Assembly (NCBI GenBank): GCA_041697335.1
Contig: JBGUGD010000038.1
Span: forward strand, 93,971 to 157,970
Direction of reading: 5' to 3'
From: Vampirovibrionaceae bacterium NZW_1234
Lineage (GTDB): Bacteria; Cyanobacteriota; Vampirovibrionia; Vampirovibrionales; JAGQHJ01
DNA: 64,000 nt
Shown here: positions 1-9,785 of the stretch, piece after piece
How positions within the stretch are numbered: the first letter of the stretch is position 1
Layout: each line of letters starts with the position of its first letter
Translations under genes and position numbers: made by a program
Notes under the pieces: model-generated
The model's database searches: none
Seen by the model: only the letters and a program-made list of their open reading frames with translations
What the model was told of the DNA's origin: nothing

Positions 1-1233
1 CTCTGCCTCAGCCAGAGCCTGGTCAGCCGTCAGATCGTCGCCGACCTGATCCCGTTTCGCGATGTTTTTTCCAGCGTTTTCTTCGTCTCCATCGGGATGC
101 TCCTGAACGTGCCCTTTCTGTTGGGCAACCTGCCCCTGATTCTCTTGGTTACCTGTGTGATTGTGGTGGTTAAACTTCTGGGCATCAGCTTGGCGGTCTA
201 TTTTCTCCGGTTTCCGGCAAAAACCATCTTCTGGTGTGCCATGTCGTTGTTTCAGGTTGGGGAATTCTCGTTTATTTTGCTTCAAACCGGCCTACAGACC
301 GGCACCCTAGACGGGGTCCTCCTCAATACCGTGACCAGTGCCATTGTGCTAACCATGCTGCTGACCCCCCTAGCCATCCGCTCTATCCCCAGCTGGCTCA
401 ATTACATCGAATCCGACGGCGGGTGGCTCAAAGGTCTGGAAAAGGCACTTCCTGGGGGTGCGATGCCCCCGCTGAAAGATGAAGTGATTATTGCGGGCTA
501 TGGTCCCATTGCCAAAAACGTCGCCCATGTACTGCAAAGCCATGACATCGGGTTTCGGGTCATCGAAATGAACATCAACACGGTCAAGCGGCTCCAGAAT
601 CAGGGCATCCACTGTGTCTTCGGCGACTCCTCCAATGCCGAAGTTTTGCATGCAGCTGGGATCCAGGAAGCCAAGGTTTTTGCCATCACCATCCCGGACA
701 TCCGCGCCACGGAGCTGGCCATTCAAAATGCCAAACGCCTCAACCCCCATATTTACTGCATCGTACGCACCCGCTATCAGCATCCCATCGGGGCATTGTT
801 TCAGATGGGCGCCGATGAAGTGGTCTACGAGGAGTTTGAAACCAGCATGAGTTTTATCTACTCCATCATCGATGTCTTTGGCGACACGGTCAGCGACAAG
901 GAAAGCTACATGCTGCTGCTGCGGGAAAACCGTAAATCCCTGATGAACGCCGGAAAAGCCATCGAGGAGCAAATGCGCTACGGCCGCTTCAGCGTCTTCA
1001 AAGATACCAAGATTGAGTGGATCACCATCCCCGAAGGCAGCAATCTGGAAGGCTCAACGGTGGCCGATGCCGCCCTGCGCCAGCGCACCGGGGTCAATAT
1101 TCTGTCCATTCTCGATGAGGATGGCGTGACGCAACTCAACCCCGAACCGGATACGGTGCTCAGATCCAACCAGGTTCTTGTCGTCATCGGCACCCTGGAG
1201 CAACTGACGCACCTGGAATCGTTGTTGTGCTAG
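1..1233 (+). CDS. Monovalent cation:proton antiporter (CPA2, KefB/KefC-like) with TrkA-N and TrkA-C domains; 5' truncated by the window edge
   Basis: Hydrophobic N-part (FFVSIGMLLN, QVGEFSF), IAGYGPIA Rossmann/RCK motif with FGDSS, C-terminal TrkA-C-like LRQRTGVNILSI. Confidence 0.9.
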   Translation, partial: LCLSQSLVSRQIVADLIPFRDVFSSVFFVSIGMLLNVPFLLGNLPLILLVTCVIVVVKLLGISLAVYFLRFPAKTIFWCAMSLFQVGEFSFILLQTGLQTGTLDGVLLNTVTSAIVLTMLLTPLAIRSIPSWLNYIESDGGWLKGLEKALPGGAMPPLKDEVIIAGYGPIAKNVAHVLQSHDIGFRVIEMNINTVKRLQNQGIHCVFGDSSNAEVLHAAGIQEAKVFAITIPDIRATELAIQNAKRLNPHIYCIVRTRYQHPIGALFQMGADEVVYEEFETSMSFIYSIIDVFGDTVSDKESYMLLLRENRKSLMNAGKAIEEQMRYGRFSVFKDTKIEWITIPEGSNLEGSTVADAALRQRTGVNILSILDEDGVTQLNPEPDTVLRSNQVLVVIGTLEQLTHLESLLC

Positions 1234-1505
1234 GGCCGTTTGTTATACAAATCCTGCGCCATTTGGTTAACCGCTGTATACAAGGGTTCTAAGGCAACCG
1301 CAACGCCCTTGAATATTGCACCGGAAGGCTGATTGTCATTTCCGGACTTATAGTAATTAATCACGGCCTGGGCCGCCGCTAAGTTTTGAAAAACAGTCGG
1401 GTTTATACCGTTATTGCTCGGCGTTTTTGGATCTGGAAAGAAATCATCATCGGTTTTAATGCCAAAACGAACCTGGGGAGCTAACGAAGAAAAGCGAACC
1501 TGCAT
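1230..1505 (-). CDS. Small hypothetical protein with N-terminal VRFG motif
   Basis: 91-aa ORF; GAGGA RBS upstream; begins MQVRFSSLAPQVRFG. Confidence 0.65.
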   Translation of the reverse strand: MQVRFSSLAPQVRFGIKTDDDFFPDPKTPSNNGINPTVFQNLAAAQAVINYYKSGNDNQPSGAIFKGVAVALEPLYTAVNQMAQDLYNKRP

Positions 1506-1962
1506 TTTTGGATCTCCTCACAATCATCACAACACGTTCTTCTACTTGAGCAGAAAGCCTTGCCCTCAGGCACCGGCCTTACCTCTGCCGTGTTTCATTA
1601 TGCAATGCTGATTTCAATCGGAACCCCAAAAAATACATAAAAAGGGATCATTGTTACACTTATTTATGATGCATTTATGGATTCCGGTTCCTGCCAGCCG
1701 CCGTGCCATTGCCCCAGGAAGGCACCTCAGGCAAACCGCTTCAGAGGCAGCCCAGGTCTTCTGAACACAGACAATCCTCCCATACGCTCTCTAACCGGGC
1801 ATAAATCGTTCGGAGCGCCAAACAGGTATCGCATTTCAAAAGCATCACAACAGCGTTTGCAACCCTTTCTTTACAGGTAATTTGCATATCCATACGAACC
1901 ATGATTCAATCATGGACACTTTTGGGAGTCGTTGACATTTTGTATCAACAAGGAACGATTTG

Positions 1963-2346
1963 ATGATTATCACTCAAACTGCCGTACGACCGGTTAATAC
2001 TCGTGTCATGAAGTTTAAAAGTCTGGACCTGGGCCATTTGGTCACCGCAGCGGTTGCCTACCAGGTGGGCAAATCCGGCAAATCCGAAACAGACGCCCCG
2101 CAGCCGCTCACCCCTGAGGAGAGGAAACTCTACTCCGGAACACTCCTGGCTTCGGCGGGTATCCTGGTTGGTTTTCTGGCTCTGTGTGTGACGGCACCCT
2201 TAACCGGCCTGCAGTTGTATCCCTTTAACCTGTCTTCTAATAAAAACACGGCTGTCTCCAAAACGGATAGCCCCCAAACAAAGGCGCAGACCGACGCAAC
2301 AGCGGCCCCGAAGCAATCCACCTGGCACCTCTATCCCTTCAAGTAG
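1963..2346 (+). CDS. Hypothetical membrane-anchored protein
   Basis: AAGGAA RBS upstream; one hydrophobic segment; LYPF occurs twice. Confidence 0.55.
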   Translation: MIITQTAVRPVNTRVMKFKSLDLGHLVTAAVAYQVGKSGKSETDAPQPLTPEERKLYSGTLLASAGILVGFLALCVTAPLTGLQLYPFNLSSNKNTAVSKTDSPQTKAQTDATAAPKQSTWHLYPFK

Positions 2347-2522
2347 GGTGAGTCCTTTTCAACCAAACCTGGTAACCGCAAACCGGGTAACCGAGTGATC
2401 TCGCGGATCGGTACGTTATTGCCTATACCTCAGCACAGGGGACTGATCGACTGGCGTAGCCGATACAAACAATAGCCGTTTACGGATTTCTACGTCAGGT
2501 ATTGCGCGACGGTCGGCAATGT

Positions 2523-3077
2523 CTAGTCTTCTTTACGATAAAACCCAAAGGCCGCAGGCTTGAACTTGTCCAACTCGGCCCGAAGCTGCTCGCGGCTTTC
2601 TTCCAGGCGCTTAATTTCGTCCCTCAGGGAATCGTTTTCGCTTTTGCTGCGGATCAATTCCACCACCACTTCATCCAGGCCCGACAATTTGTCATCGAGC
2701 AACTGGGACAAATCCCGCAGGATTTCTTCCTTGGCGTTGCTCACGGACTCCACGATGCCCGACAAATCCGCCCGAGATAACGCCACACTGCGTTGGGCAG
2801 AGGCATAGCCGCCACGAGCCGGGGTTAGTTGTGGGCCGGTCTGCAAGGCCGTACTTTCCGCAGAGCGCGGCGCCAGGCCCAATTTTTCATCTTCAAAAGC
2901 TTTTTGCAGGGTTTCGACATCTTTAATACCAAAAAACAGATGCCCCGTGCGCTCGTTGCGATGGGGGTGAATCCCCAGCCGATTGCATAAGTTCAGAATC
3001 TTGGCCTCTTCGGTATGAAGTAACTCGCACAAGTACGCCATGGTATACGGAAACGCATCGGTTGACATCGGATTCAT
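2523..3077 (-). CDS. MerR-like HTH protein with C-terminal coiled coil
   Basis: N-terminal YTMAYLCELL...RNERTGHLFFGIKDVETL resembles a MerR-type winged HTH; heptad-rich C-terminus. Confidence 0.65.
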   Translation of the reverse strand: MNPMSTDAFPYTMAYLCELLHTEEAKILNLCNRLGIHPHRNERTGHLFFGIKDVETLQKAFEDEKLGLAPRSAESTALQTGPQLTPARGGYASAQRSVALSRADLSGIVESVSNAKEEILRDLSQLLDDKLSGLDEVVVELIRSKSENDSLRDEIKRLEESREQLRAELDKFKPAAFGFYRKED

Positions 3078-3433
3078 GAACGGGCTGCCTCGTCTCAGTC
3101 GGTTTTAAACTGACATCATCTTAACACAAACCCCGCCATCGAAAAGGACCTCAAGCACAAAGGGCAGCCATCAGAGTCCCATGTTCCGGTTCAGGCCGCT
3201 CTGAAGGTACTGACGGCCTTTACAATCAGGGAAACCCTATTCCATACTCAACCCAAGCAAACCCGACATTCTGCACAGAAAGTCCCTTCAAGCATGAAAA
3301 ACACTCCAGGCAGCTTATGCCGTTTCAGCCATTGAATGCCAGAGAAGCCCTTCAATTTGCTACACTTGTCAAAGCAACAGGCTGCCTGTCCCGTGAAAAA
3401 CCGTCTTTCAGGCGGACATTATCCGAAAAAGCG

Positions 3434-3444
3434 TGTGCTATAAT
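3434..3444 (+). promoter_or_regulatory. Extended -10 sigma70-type promoter of ftsH
   Basis: TGTGCTATAAT about 65 bp upstream of the ATG. Confidence 0.6.
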
Positions 3445-3508
3445 CTAGTTGGTCAAAACCCCTTTTCTGGTTAAACACATTAGTTTTAGCGACGGGATAC
3501 AGGAGTCC

Positions 3509-5422
3509 ATGAAAAAGCATCAAACAACCGGTGTCTGGATCTTAGTGCTGATCCTTCTGGTGGTGGTCTTTGCTTCCACCCTGATCTTCAAAGATCAAGG
3601 CGCCATCCCCAAGGATTTGAACCAGACGCAATTTAGCGAAATGGTACGAAACAAAGAGATTACGTCGGTCGTGATTCAGGAACGAGACCTGATGGCCGTA
3701 GGCAAGGATAAAAAGCAGTACAAGCTGGTCCTGCCCGCCAACGATGTCTCCTCCGATCGGATTATGCAGACGTTGGAAGAGAATAATGTACAAATCACCC
3801 AGGTCCGCCCGGAAGAAACCGGCAAGTGGATTGGCGCGCTCACCACATTTATTGTGCCGCTGATTCTCGTCGGCCTCGTCATTTTGATGATCCGCAGCGC
3901 CCAGAGCGGTGGCTCGCAAGCCATGTCCTTTGGCAAAAGCCGGGCCAAGATGATGCCGGAAAACAAGGTCAAAGTGACCTTCAAGGACGTGGCCGGCATT
4001 AGTGAAGCCAAACAAGAGCTGGAAGAAATCGTGGACTTCCTGAAGAACTCCGAGCGTTACCAGAAGCTCGGGGCCCGTATTCCCAAAGGTGTTCTGCTGG
4101 TTGGGGCACCGGGTACCGGTAAAACCCTGCTGGCCAAAGCAGTGGCCGGAGAAGCCGGTGTGGCCTTCTTCACCATCAGCGGTTCGGACTTCGTCGAAAT
4201 GTTCGTCGGGGTCGGTGCCAGCCGGGTACGCGACTTGTTCGAGCAAGCCAAGAAACACTCCCCCTGTATCATCTTCGTCGATGAAATTGATGCCGTGGGC
4301 CGTCAGCGGGGCGCCGGTTTAGGCGGCGGCCACGACGAGCGGGAACAGACCCTGAACCAGTTGCTGGTGGAAATGGACGGTTTTGACTCGGCCAGCGGGA
4401 TCATTATGATCGCCGCCACCAACCGCCCGGACATTCTGGACAACGCCTTGCTGCGTCCGGGTCGTTTCGACCGCCAGGTCATCCTGGATCGCCCAGATGT
4501 CACCGGCCGGGAGGAAATCCTTCGGGTTCATGCCCGCAACAAACCTCTGGCCACGGACGTTGACTTGAAGCGTCTGGCCAAAAGCACCCCTGGCTTTACC
4601 GGGGCCGACCTGGAAAACCTGTTGAACGAAGGGGCCCTGTTGGCCGCTCGTGAAAACCGGGACAAAATCCACATGGAGCACCTGGACTTGGCCATCGACA
4701 AAGTCATTGCCGGGCCTGAAAAGCGCTCCAAAATCATCAAGGAAAAAGAAAAGGAAATCATCGCCTACCACGAAGTGGGTCACACTCTGATGGGCATTTT
4801 TGTTCCCAGCCAGAACAAGTTCCGCAAGGTCAGCATCATCCCCCGCGGGATGGCCCTCGGGATGGCCTGGAATATGCCTGAAGACGACAACCACCTGGTC
4901 ACCCGGGAAGAGCTTCTGGCCAACATTGCCAGCATGCTGGGCGGTCGGGTAGCCGAGGAAGTCATCTTTGGCCGTATCACCACCGGGGCCTCCAACGACA
5001 TCGAGAAGGCCACGGATCTGGCTCGTCGCATCGTCACCATTTATGGGATGAGCGAGCGCCTGGGACCCATCAAGTTCGGCAAGAGCAACGAACACGTGTT
5101 CCTCGGCCGCGACTTCGGCAGCGATCGCGATTACAGTGAGGAAGTGGCCTCGGCCATCGATCACGAAATCAAGACCATCATCGAGACCCAGTACCAGCTG
5201 GCCCAAAAGCTGCTGACGGAAAACCGGGATATGATGGACGCCATCGTCAAGGTGCTCTTGGAAAAAGAAACCATTGACGACAAGGAAGTCACGGGCATTA
5301 TGGACAAGGTGCTGGAAGAGCGGGGCGAAACCCCTCGGTTCTCCTCCCAGCTTCAGCGGGAAACCGAAGAAGCCGAATCCACCAACGGCACCGGTGCCCC
5401 CGAGCGGGAAACCGTTCACTAG
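3509..5422 (+). CDS. ftsH: ATP-dependent zinc metalloprotease FtsH
   Basis: Two TM segments, Walker A GAPGTGKT, Walker [35 protein letters not shown] before ATG 3509. Confidence 0.97.
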   Translation: MKKHQTTGVWILVLILLVVVFASTLIFKDQGAIPKDLNQTQFSEMVRNKEITSVVIQERDLMAVGKDKKQYKLVLPANDVSSDRIMQTLEENNVQITQVRPEETGKWIGALTTFIVPLILVGLVILMIRSAQSGGSQAMSFGKSRAKMMPENKVKVTFKDVAGISEAKQELEEIVDFLKNSERYQKLGARIPKGVLLVGAPGTGKTLLAKAVAGEAGVAFFTISGSDFVEMFVGVGASRVRDLFEQAKKHSPCIIFVDEIDAVGRQRGAGLGGGHDEREQTLNQLLVEMDGFDSASGIIMIAATNRPDILDNALLRPGRFDRQVILDRPDVTGREEILRVHARNKPLATDVDLKRLAKSTPGFTGADLENLLNEGALLAARENRDKIHMEHLDLAIDKVIAGPEKRSKIIKEKEKEIIAYHEVGHTLMGIFVPSQNKFRKVSIIPRGMALGMAWNMPEDDNHLVTREELLANIASMLGGRVAEEVIFGRITTGASNDIEKATDLARRIVTIYGMSERLGPIKFGKSNEHVFLGRDFGSDRDYSEEVASAIDHEIKTIIETQYQLAQKLLTENRDMMDAIVKVLLEKETIDDKEVTGIMDKVLEERGETPRFSSQLQRETEEAESTNGTGAPERETVH

Positions 5423-5443
5423 GCCGAATCACCTACCGAACAA

Positions 5444-6952
5444 TTAAACATCCTTACGAACGCCGGGAAAGTCTACTTTCCCGGTTAGTTTGTATGTGAC
5501 CCAGTGTTGGAACTTGGGCGCCAGCCAGCCAATGCACACGCCGCTGATGACATAGCTGGACAGCAGCGCAATGGTCTTGTACCGACCCGTCAAGGCCAGC
5601 ATCCCAGGCATCCGGGTGCTGTTCACCTTCATCAGCCGGGTGGCCAGTCCGGGAGCCACGTGGGACGAAGTCCGTTTGAAGAGACCCATCTGCCGGGGCA
5701 ACCAGAGCAGTAACCGCTTTAAGGCATCTTCCTCGGCGGGGGCGCTGATCAGCAGGCCTTTTAAATCTTCCACATCCACCAGCTTCCGGGGGTCTAACAG
5801 ATAGTGGTGCTTCGTGGAGGAGACCTTGCCGCCGAAGATTTTCCGGAAGGCGGTCAGGGGCAGGGATTCTTTGGAAGACAAGACGTGAAGCTTATTCTGT
5901 AACCGGGCCAATTCCAGAATCGGGTCCTTATCAAACCTGCCGGTCAAAGGATTTAACCGCTTGGCAATCTCATCAAAGGCATTCTTGCCGGTTAAGCCTT
6001 TGAAGAAGGCCAGTTGCTCCTTCCACAGCTCAGGCTTGAACTGCTTTTTCTTCAGCCACGCCAGAGAATCGTAGGTCAAGCCGGTAAACACGCCTTTGGA
6101 TTTGTCAAACCACCGCTTCAGATGCCCCTTCACATAGTCCCCGAGGAAATAGAGAAACAGGACAATGGACCCTTCCCGAATGGCCACTTCCGTCCGATCC
6201 ACCCAGTTCCGGGCCTTGTACAACCGGCCGCCGGAAATCCCCATATCGATGGCCACGTTGCCGTAGAACTCGCTGTTGATGAGATTGGCAATCCCTTCCA
6301 GCAAACCGGCATTCCCACCAAACCGAGGGTAGGGTTGGGCTGCTGCCCATGCCGGCTGCTGTAAGGGCCCCCTCAGCCCTGTGGGGCTGAGCCCAACCTG
6401 ATGACTGGATGCGATAGAACCCGAATTTTTGGAAAGAAGCGTGTGAAGCGCCTCAAAATTGATGCTTTTCTGGGGCTCGGAAACCTTGGGGGTGCTCTCC
6501 TTGCTGAGCTGGAACCGGGTAATGGCCTGGTTAATGGAGGGAATCACCCACCCGATAATGGCCACCGGAATAATGGTGCCAATCAGAAACTTGGCGATGT
6601 TGGCTTTCAAATAATCGTTCTTCCGGGAGAGAATCCACTGGGGAATGGCTTGCTGGTTTTTCTTCAGGAAGAGCATAATATCGACCTTGGGGTCCAGCCC
6701 TTTCCACCGCATCATGGGGTTCAGAATCCACTTTTCCAAGGCCTTCCGACCGGCCAGCCAGACCAGGGTGGTGCTGAACTCCTCGATCATCCGCTCCCGG
6801 CCCGCATGATTGGCCCCGACGCCACCCCGATTGTATTCCATTGCGCTTCTGCCGGCGTTATCAATGAGGTCCTTCACCCACAACGGGTAAAGGGAGTGCT
6901 CATTGTCGAGCGCCGAGAAGACTTTGGTTGTAACAGCGGGGGAGATTCTCAT
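5444..6952 (-). CDS. Uncharacterised membrane protein with two internal repeats
   Basis: 502 aa; each half has D-x5-GR...E and ends in a hydrophobic IGWxxP...T segment; internal PRFGG; AGGA RBS. Confidence 0.85.
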   Translation of the reverse strand: MRISPAVTTKVFSALDNEHSLYPLWVKDLIDNAGRSAMEYNRGGVGANHAGRERMIEEFSTTLVWLAGRKALEKWILNPMMRWKGLDPKVDIMLFLKKNQQAIPQWILSRKNDYLKANIAKFLIGTIIPVAIIGWVIPSINQAITRFQLSKESTPKVSEPQKSINFEALHTLLSKNSGSIASSHQVGLSPTGLRGPLQQPAWAAAQPYPRFGGNAGLLEGIANLINSEFYGNVAIDMGISGGRLYKARNWVDRTEVAIREGSIVLFLYFLGDYVKGHLKRWFDKSKGVFTGLTYDSLAWLKKKQFKPELWKEQLAFFKGLTGKNAFDEIAKRLNPLTGRFDKDPILELARLQNKLHVLSSKESLPLTAFRKIFGGKVSSTKHHYLLDPRKLVDVEDLKGLLISAPAEEDALKRLLLWLPRQMGLFKRTSSHVAPGLATRLMKVNSTRMPGMLALTGRYKTIALLSSYVISGVCIGWLAPKFQHWVTYKLTGKVDFPGVRKDV

Positions 6953-6998
6953 GGAGAGGGGCGTTCCTACGGTTTCTGGGGTAACGGGGGAAGGGCTT

Positions 6999-7036
6999 GA
7001 AACAAATCAGCCCCGGCAGGTGTCTTGCCGGGGCTG
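6999..7036 (-). terminator. Attenuator terminator 2
   Basis: Minus strand CAGCCCCGGCAAG-ACA-CCTGCCGGGGCTG followed by ATTTGTTT. Confidence 0.85.
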
Positions 7037-7058
7037 TAGGTCGTTTGGGTGTGTCTGT

Positions 7059-7157
7059 TTATGACAACGAACGCCAGCCTCGGCACAATCCAGGGCGGCG
7101 ACGGCGTTGTTGCTGTTGCGCTTGTCTCAGGCTGGTTGTCACGAGGTTGAGGTTCAT
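7059..7157 (-). CDS. Leader peptide 2 (MNLNLVTTSLRQAQQQQRRRRPGLCRGWRSLS)
   Basis: Translated by hand; AGGA upstream; shares AQQQQRRRR with leader 1; its 3' part is complementary to the 5' arm of terminator 2. Confidence 0.8.
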   Translation of the reverse strand: MNLNLVTTSLRQAQQQQRRRRPGLCRGWRSLS

Positions 7158-7195
7158 TGCGGGGGAGGTCCTGTTTCTGGTTTAGGGCTGTAACG

Positions 7196-7230
7196 AAAAA
7201 CCACGGATCTTGTGTTGTGGATCCGTGGTT
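7196..7230 (-). terminator. Attenuator terminator 1
   Basis: Minus strand AACCACGGATC-N10-GATCCGTGGTT followed by TTT. Confidence 0.85.
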
Positions 7231-7266
7231 GTAAGCTGTTTATGCGGTTTTTTAAACGAGCAACTT

Positions 7267-7338
7267 TTACCGTGGATCCACCTGAGGTTGGCGGCTACGG
7301 CGACGGCGTTGTTGTTGCTGTGCAAAAAGTTGACTCAT
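7267..7338 (-). CDS. Leader peptide 1 (MSQLFAQQQQRRRRSRQPQVDPR)
   Basis: Translated by hand; ATG 9 nt after the -10 box (near-leaderless); 3' end GTGGATCC pairs with the 5' arm of terminator 1. Confidence 0.8.
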   Translation of the reverse strand: MSQLFAQQQQRRRRSRQPQVDPR

Positions 7339-7347
7339 AGTACAGTC

Positions 7348-7375
7348 ATTATCACTGTAAAAAGCATATTGTCAA
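7348..7375 (-). promoter_or_regulatory. Sigma70 promoter of the tandem attenuator leader
   Basis: TTGACA-N16-GATAAT on the minus strand. Confidence 0.7.
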
Positions 7376-7398
7376 GGCGACACAATCTCGATTTCGCC

Positions 7399-7423
7399 GA
7401 TTTGTAACACCCCGTTACAAATC
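7399..7423. promoter_or_regulatory. Palindromic operator candidate
   Basis: GATTTGTAAC-N5-GTTACAAATC, a perfect 10-bp inverted repeat with no U tract. Confidence 0.45.
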
Positions 7424-7446
7424 CGAAAAGACATCTCGAGTTGATA

Positions 7447-8475
7447 TCAAATGCCGGTATTCAGCAGATCGTGGAGGTGGACAATGCCTTCGGAGTACCC
7501 CTCGGCGGTGTTCACCGGAAGGACGGTAATCTTGTTGTTCTCCATCATGGCCAATGCGGCGGCGGCCAAGGCTTCCTTGCCAATGCTCTTGGGATTGGCC
7601 GTGTAAACATCCCGGGCCTTCAGCGTGGCGATGTCCTGATCCCGGGTGAGGGCCCGGCGGACATCCCCATCGGTAATCACGCCGCAGGTCTTGCCTTGGG
7701 CATCGGTCACCAGGGTCACCCCGAGTTTTTTCGAGGTAATTTCCAACAGGGCTTCTTTAAAAGGCGTATCCAACTGCACCACGGGCAGGGCATCACCGGT
7801 ATGCATCACGTCACCCACCGTTAGCAGCAGTCGCTTTCCAAGGCTGCCTGCCGGATGAAAGACGGCAAAGTCGTTGGTTGTAATGCCTTTTCGGCGCATC
7901 AGGGTTACGGCCAGGGCATCGCCCATCACCAGGGTGTTGGTGGTGCTGGCCGTGGGGGCCAGGTTCAGGGGGCAGGCCTCCTGCTCCACGGAAATGTCGA
8001 GGACCACATCACTGCGGCGGGCCAGGGTGGACTCCCCATTGCCGGTCATGGCAATCAGGGGGAGGTTAAAATGCTTGACTACCGGCAAAACTTGAAGTAG
8101 TTCCGGAGTTTCGCCGCTGTTGGAGATGGCAATGACCACATCGTCTTTCATAATCATTCCCAAATCCCCGTGCATGCCTTCGCCCGGATGGAGAAAGAAG
8201 GCCGGTGTGCCGGTACTGGAGAACGTGGCAGCTATTTTCTTGGCGATAATACCGGATTTGCCCATCCCGGTAAGAATCACCCGCCCCTGGCAGGCTTCCA
8301 GAATCCGAATTGCCCGTTCAAAGCGATGATCCAGGCGGGCTTGCATCTGATGCAAGGCGGCGATTTCAATACTCATCACCCGATGGGCTTCTTCCACGGG
8401 ATTAATGGTTTCAGCCGGGGGTGTCAGGCGTTCCCTGGACAGCGGTTCCTCTTTGAGGTGTTCCATCGGAGTCAA
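7447..8475 (-). CDS. kdsD: Arabinose-5-phosphate isomerase (KpsF/GutQ family; SIS + CBS domains)
   Basis: TGMGKSG, HGDLG, SNSGET, APTAST and FHPAGSLG motifs; CBS pair. Confidence 0.93.
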   Translation of the reverse strand: MTPMEHLKEEPLSRERLTPPAETINPVEEAHRVMSIEIAALHQMQARLDHRFERAIRILEACQGRVILTGMGKSGIIAKKIAATFSSTGTPAFFLHPGEGMHGDLGMIMKDDVVIAISNSGETPELLQVLPVVKHFNLPLIAMTGNGESTLARRSDVVLDISVEQEACPLNLAPTASTTNTLVMGDALAVTLMRRKGITTNDFAVFHPAGSLGKRLLLTVGDVMHTGDALPVVQLDTPFKEALLEITSKKLGVTLVTDAQGKTCGVITDGDVRRALTRDQDIATLKARDVYTANPKSIGKEALAAAALAMMENNKITVLPVNTAEGYSEGIVHLHDLLNTGI

Positions 8476-8662
8476 AGACCACTCCTTGAGGTTGTGTCAA
8501 CTCTGCTTGAATCATAGCACAAACGATTCGCCTCGGAAGCCATGGGGGGATGACTTGCCCAGGGCCTAACGGACTGATCATTGGCAAACAACGCCCGGTG
8601 GCGTCTTTAATTCCGGATTCCGGTGTTTTTCAAACCAATTGTCACGTTTTATGACGTTTTTT

Positions 8663-8689
8663 TAAACTTTGTTCGAATCGGGTCGATAC
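8663..8689 (+). promoter_or_regulatory. Sigma28 (FliA/SigD)-type promoter
   Basis: TAAA-N15-GTCGATAC, 43 bp upstream of the HD-GYP gene. Confidence 0.65.
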
Positions 8690-8732
8690 AGAAATTAACT
8701 TTCCTCCGAAAACGACTGAGAGAGCTACGCCA

Positions 8733-9722
8733 TTGCTGATTAAACTACGTTTTGATGAAGTTGTAAGCCAGCAACCCTTGGCTTATGACATTTTAGACAG
8801 TCTTGGCCGGGTCATTTACCAGGCCGGCGAGACCGTGGAGAGCAAGAATCTTCGTAAAATCGCCCCCGACGGCATGTTCCGTCATCAAGAAAAACTTCCC
8901 CTGGAGTGGATTGTTCAGGACGAGATGCCCCAATTCTCGGACACCACCCAGTTGCAGTCCATCCTGAACCAATCCGATGAATACGCCCTGGAAGAACTGA
9001 ATATTCCCTTCCTCCTGAACCGGGAAGAAGCCGTGCCCTACCTGAACAGCATGTTCGGCTTCTGGAAAAAAATCGAAGACGGCGAAGATTTCGATCTGGC
9101 GTTACTGGACATCATGCGCCATCAGTTGATAGCCGATATCGTCCCCAAGATGGGACAACTCCAGTATTTAAACCAGCTTCGCATCCGGGATGAAGTCACT
9201 TTTTCGCACACCCTGGATGTGACGGCCATTAGCATTGCGCTGGGAGCCAAGCTCGGGCTTGATAACAAAGACCTCGAGACTTTGGCTCTCGCCGCCCTTC
9301 TCCATGATCTGGGCAAACTGTTCATCCCCAAACCCATTATGTTCAAGCCCACCCGGCTCACGGACAAAGAGTTCGAGGTCATGCAACTGCACCCGGAAAT
9401 CGGCTACCGCATTATTCGGGAAGAACTGAAGCTGCCCGAAGAAGTGGCCCGCCCCGCCCTGGAGCACCAGGAGCTGTATGCCGGCGGCGGCTATCCGCAA
9501 AACCTCCGGGGAGACGAAATCCACTACTTCTCCCAGATTGTGAAAATTGCCGACGTCTATGATGCCTTAACGTCAAAACGCCCCTACAAAGAGAGCATCT
9601 GCTCCTACAAGGCCATTAAAATCATGCTCCTCGAAGGCAGCCAAAGCTTCAACCCGGAAATCCTGCGTCCCTTCCTGGATTTAGCCAACTTCCCCAAAGA
9701 CGAAATTCCCGACGACCTCTAA
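8733..9722 (+). CDS. HD-GYP domain cyclic dinucleotide phosphodiesterase
   Basis: LLHDLGK, HPEIG, HQE...GGGYP, ADVYDAL..RPYK. Confidence 0.9.
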   Translation: MLIKLRFDEVVSQQPLAYDILDSLGRVIYQAGETVESKNLRKIAPDGMFRHQEKLPLEWIVQDEMPQFSDTTQLQSILNQSDEYALEELNIPFLLNREEAVPYLNSMFGFWKKIEDGEDFDLALLDIMRHQLIADIVPKMGQLQYLNQLRIRDEVTFSHTLDVTAISIALGAKLGLDNKDLETLALAALLHDLGKLFIPKPIMFKPTRLTDKEFEVMQLHPEIGYRIIREELKLPEEVARPALEHQELYAGGGYPQNLRGDEIHYFSQIVKIADVYDALTSKRPYKESICSYKAIKIMLLEGSQSFNPEILRPFLDLANFPKDEIPDDL

Positions 9723-9785
9723 AACATGGCCCATTCGCGCCACACCCAACCCCGGCCCAGATAGGCCAGCCTTGCGCAATGGCTT

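Noticed and set aside
3542..5419. Long antisense ORFs over ftsH (and similarly over dnaX, the kinase and the dehydrogenase genes)
   Set aside because: Shadow ORFs produced by the codon bias of the real genes.
7267..7320. An alternative frame reads ...NNNAVAVAA, resembling a tmRNA tag
   Set aside because: No stop after AA and no tRNA-like ends; the leader-peptide/attenuator reading explains both copies.
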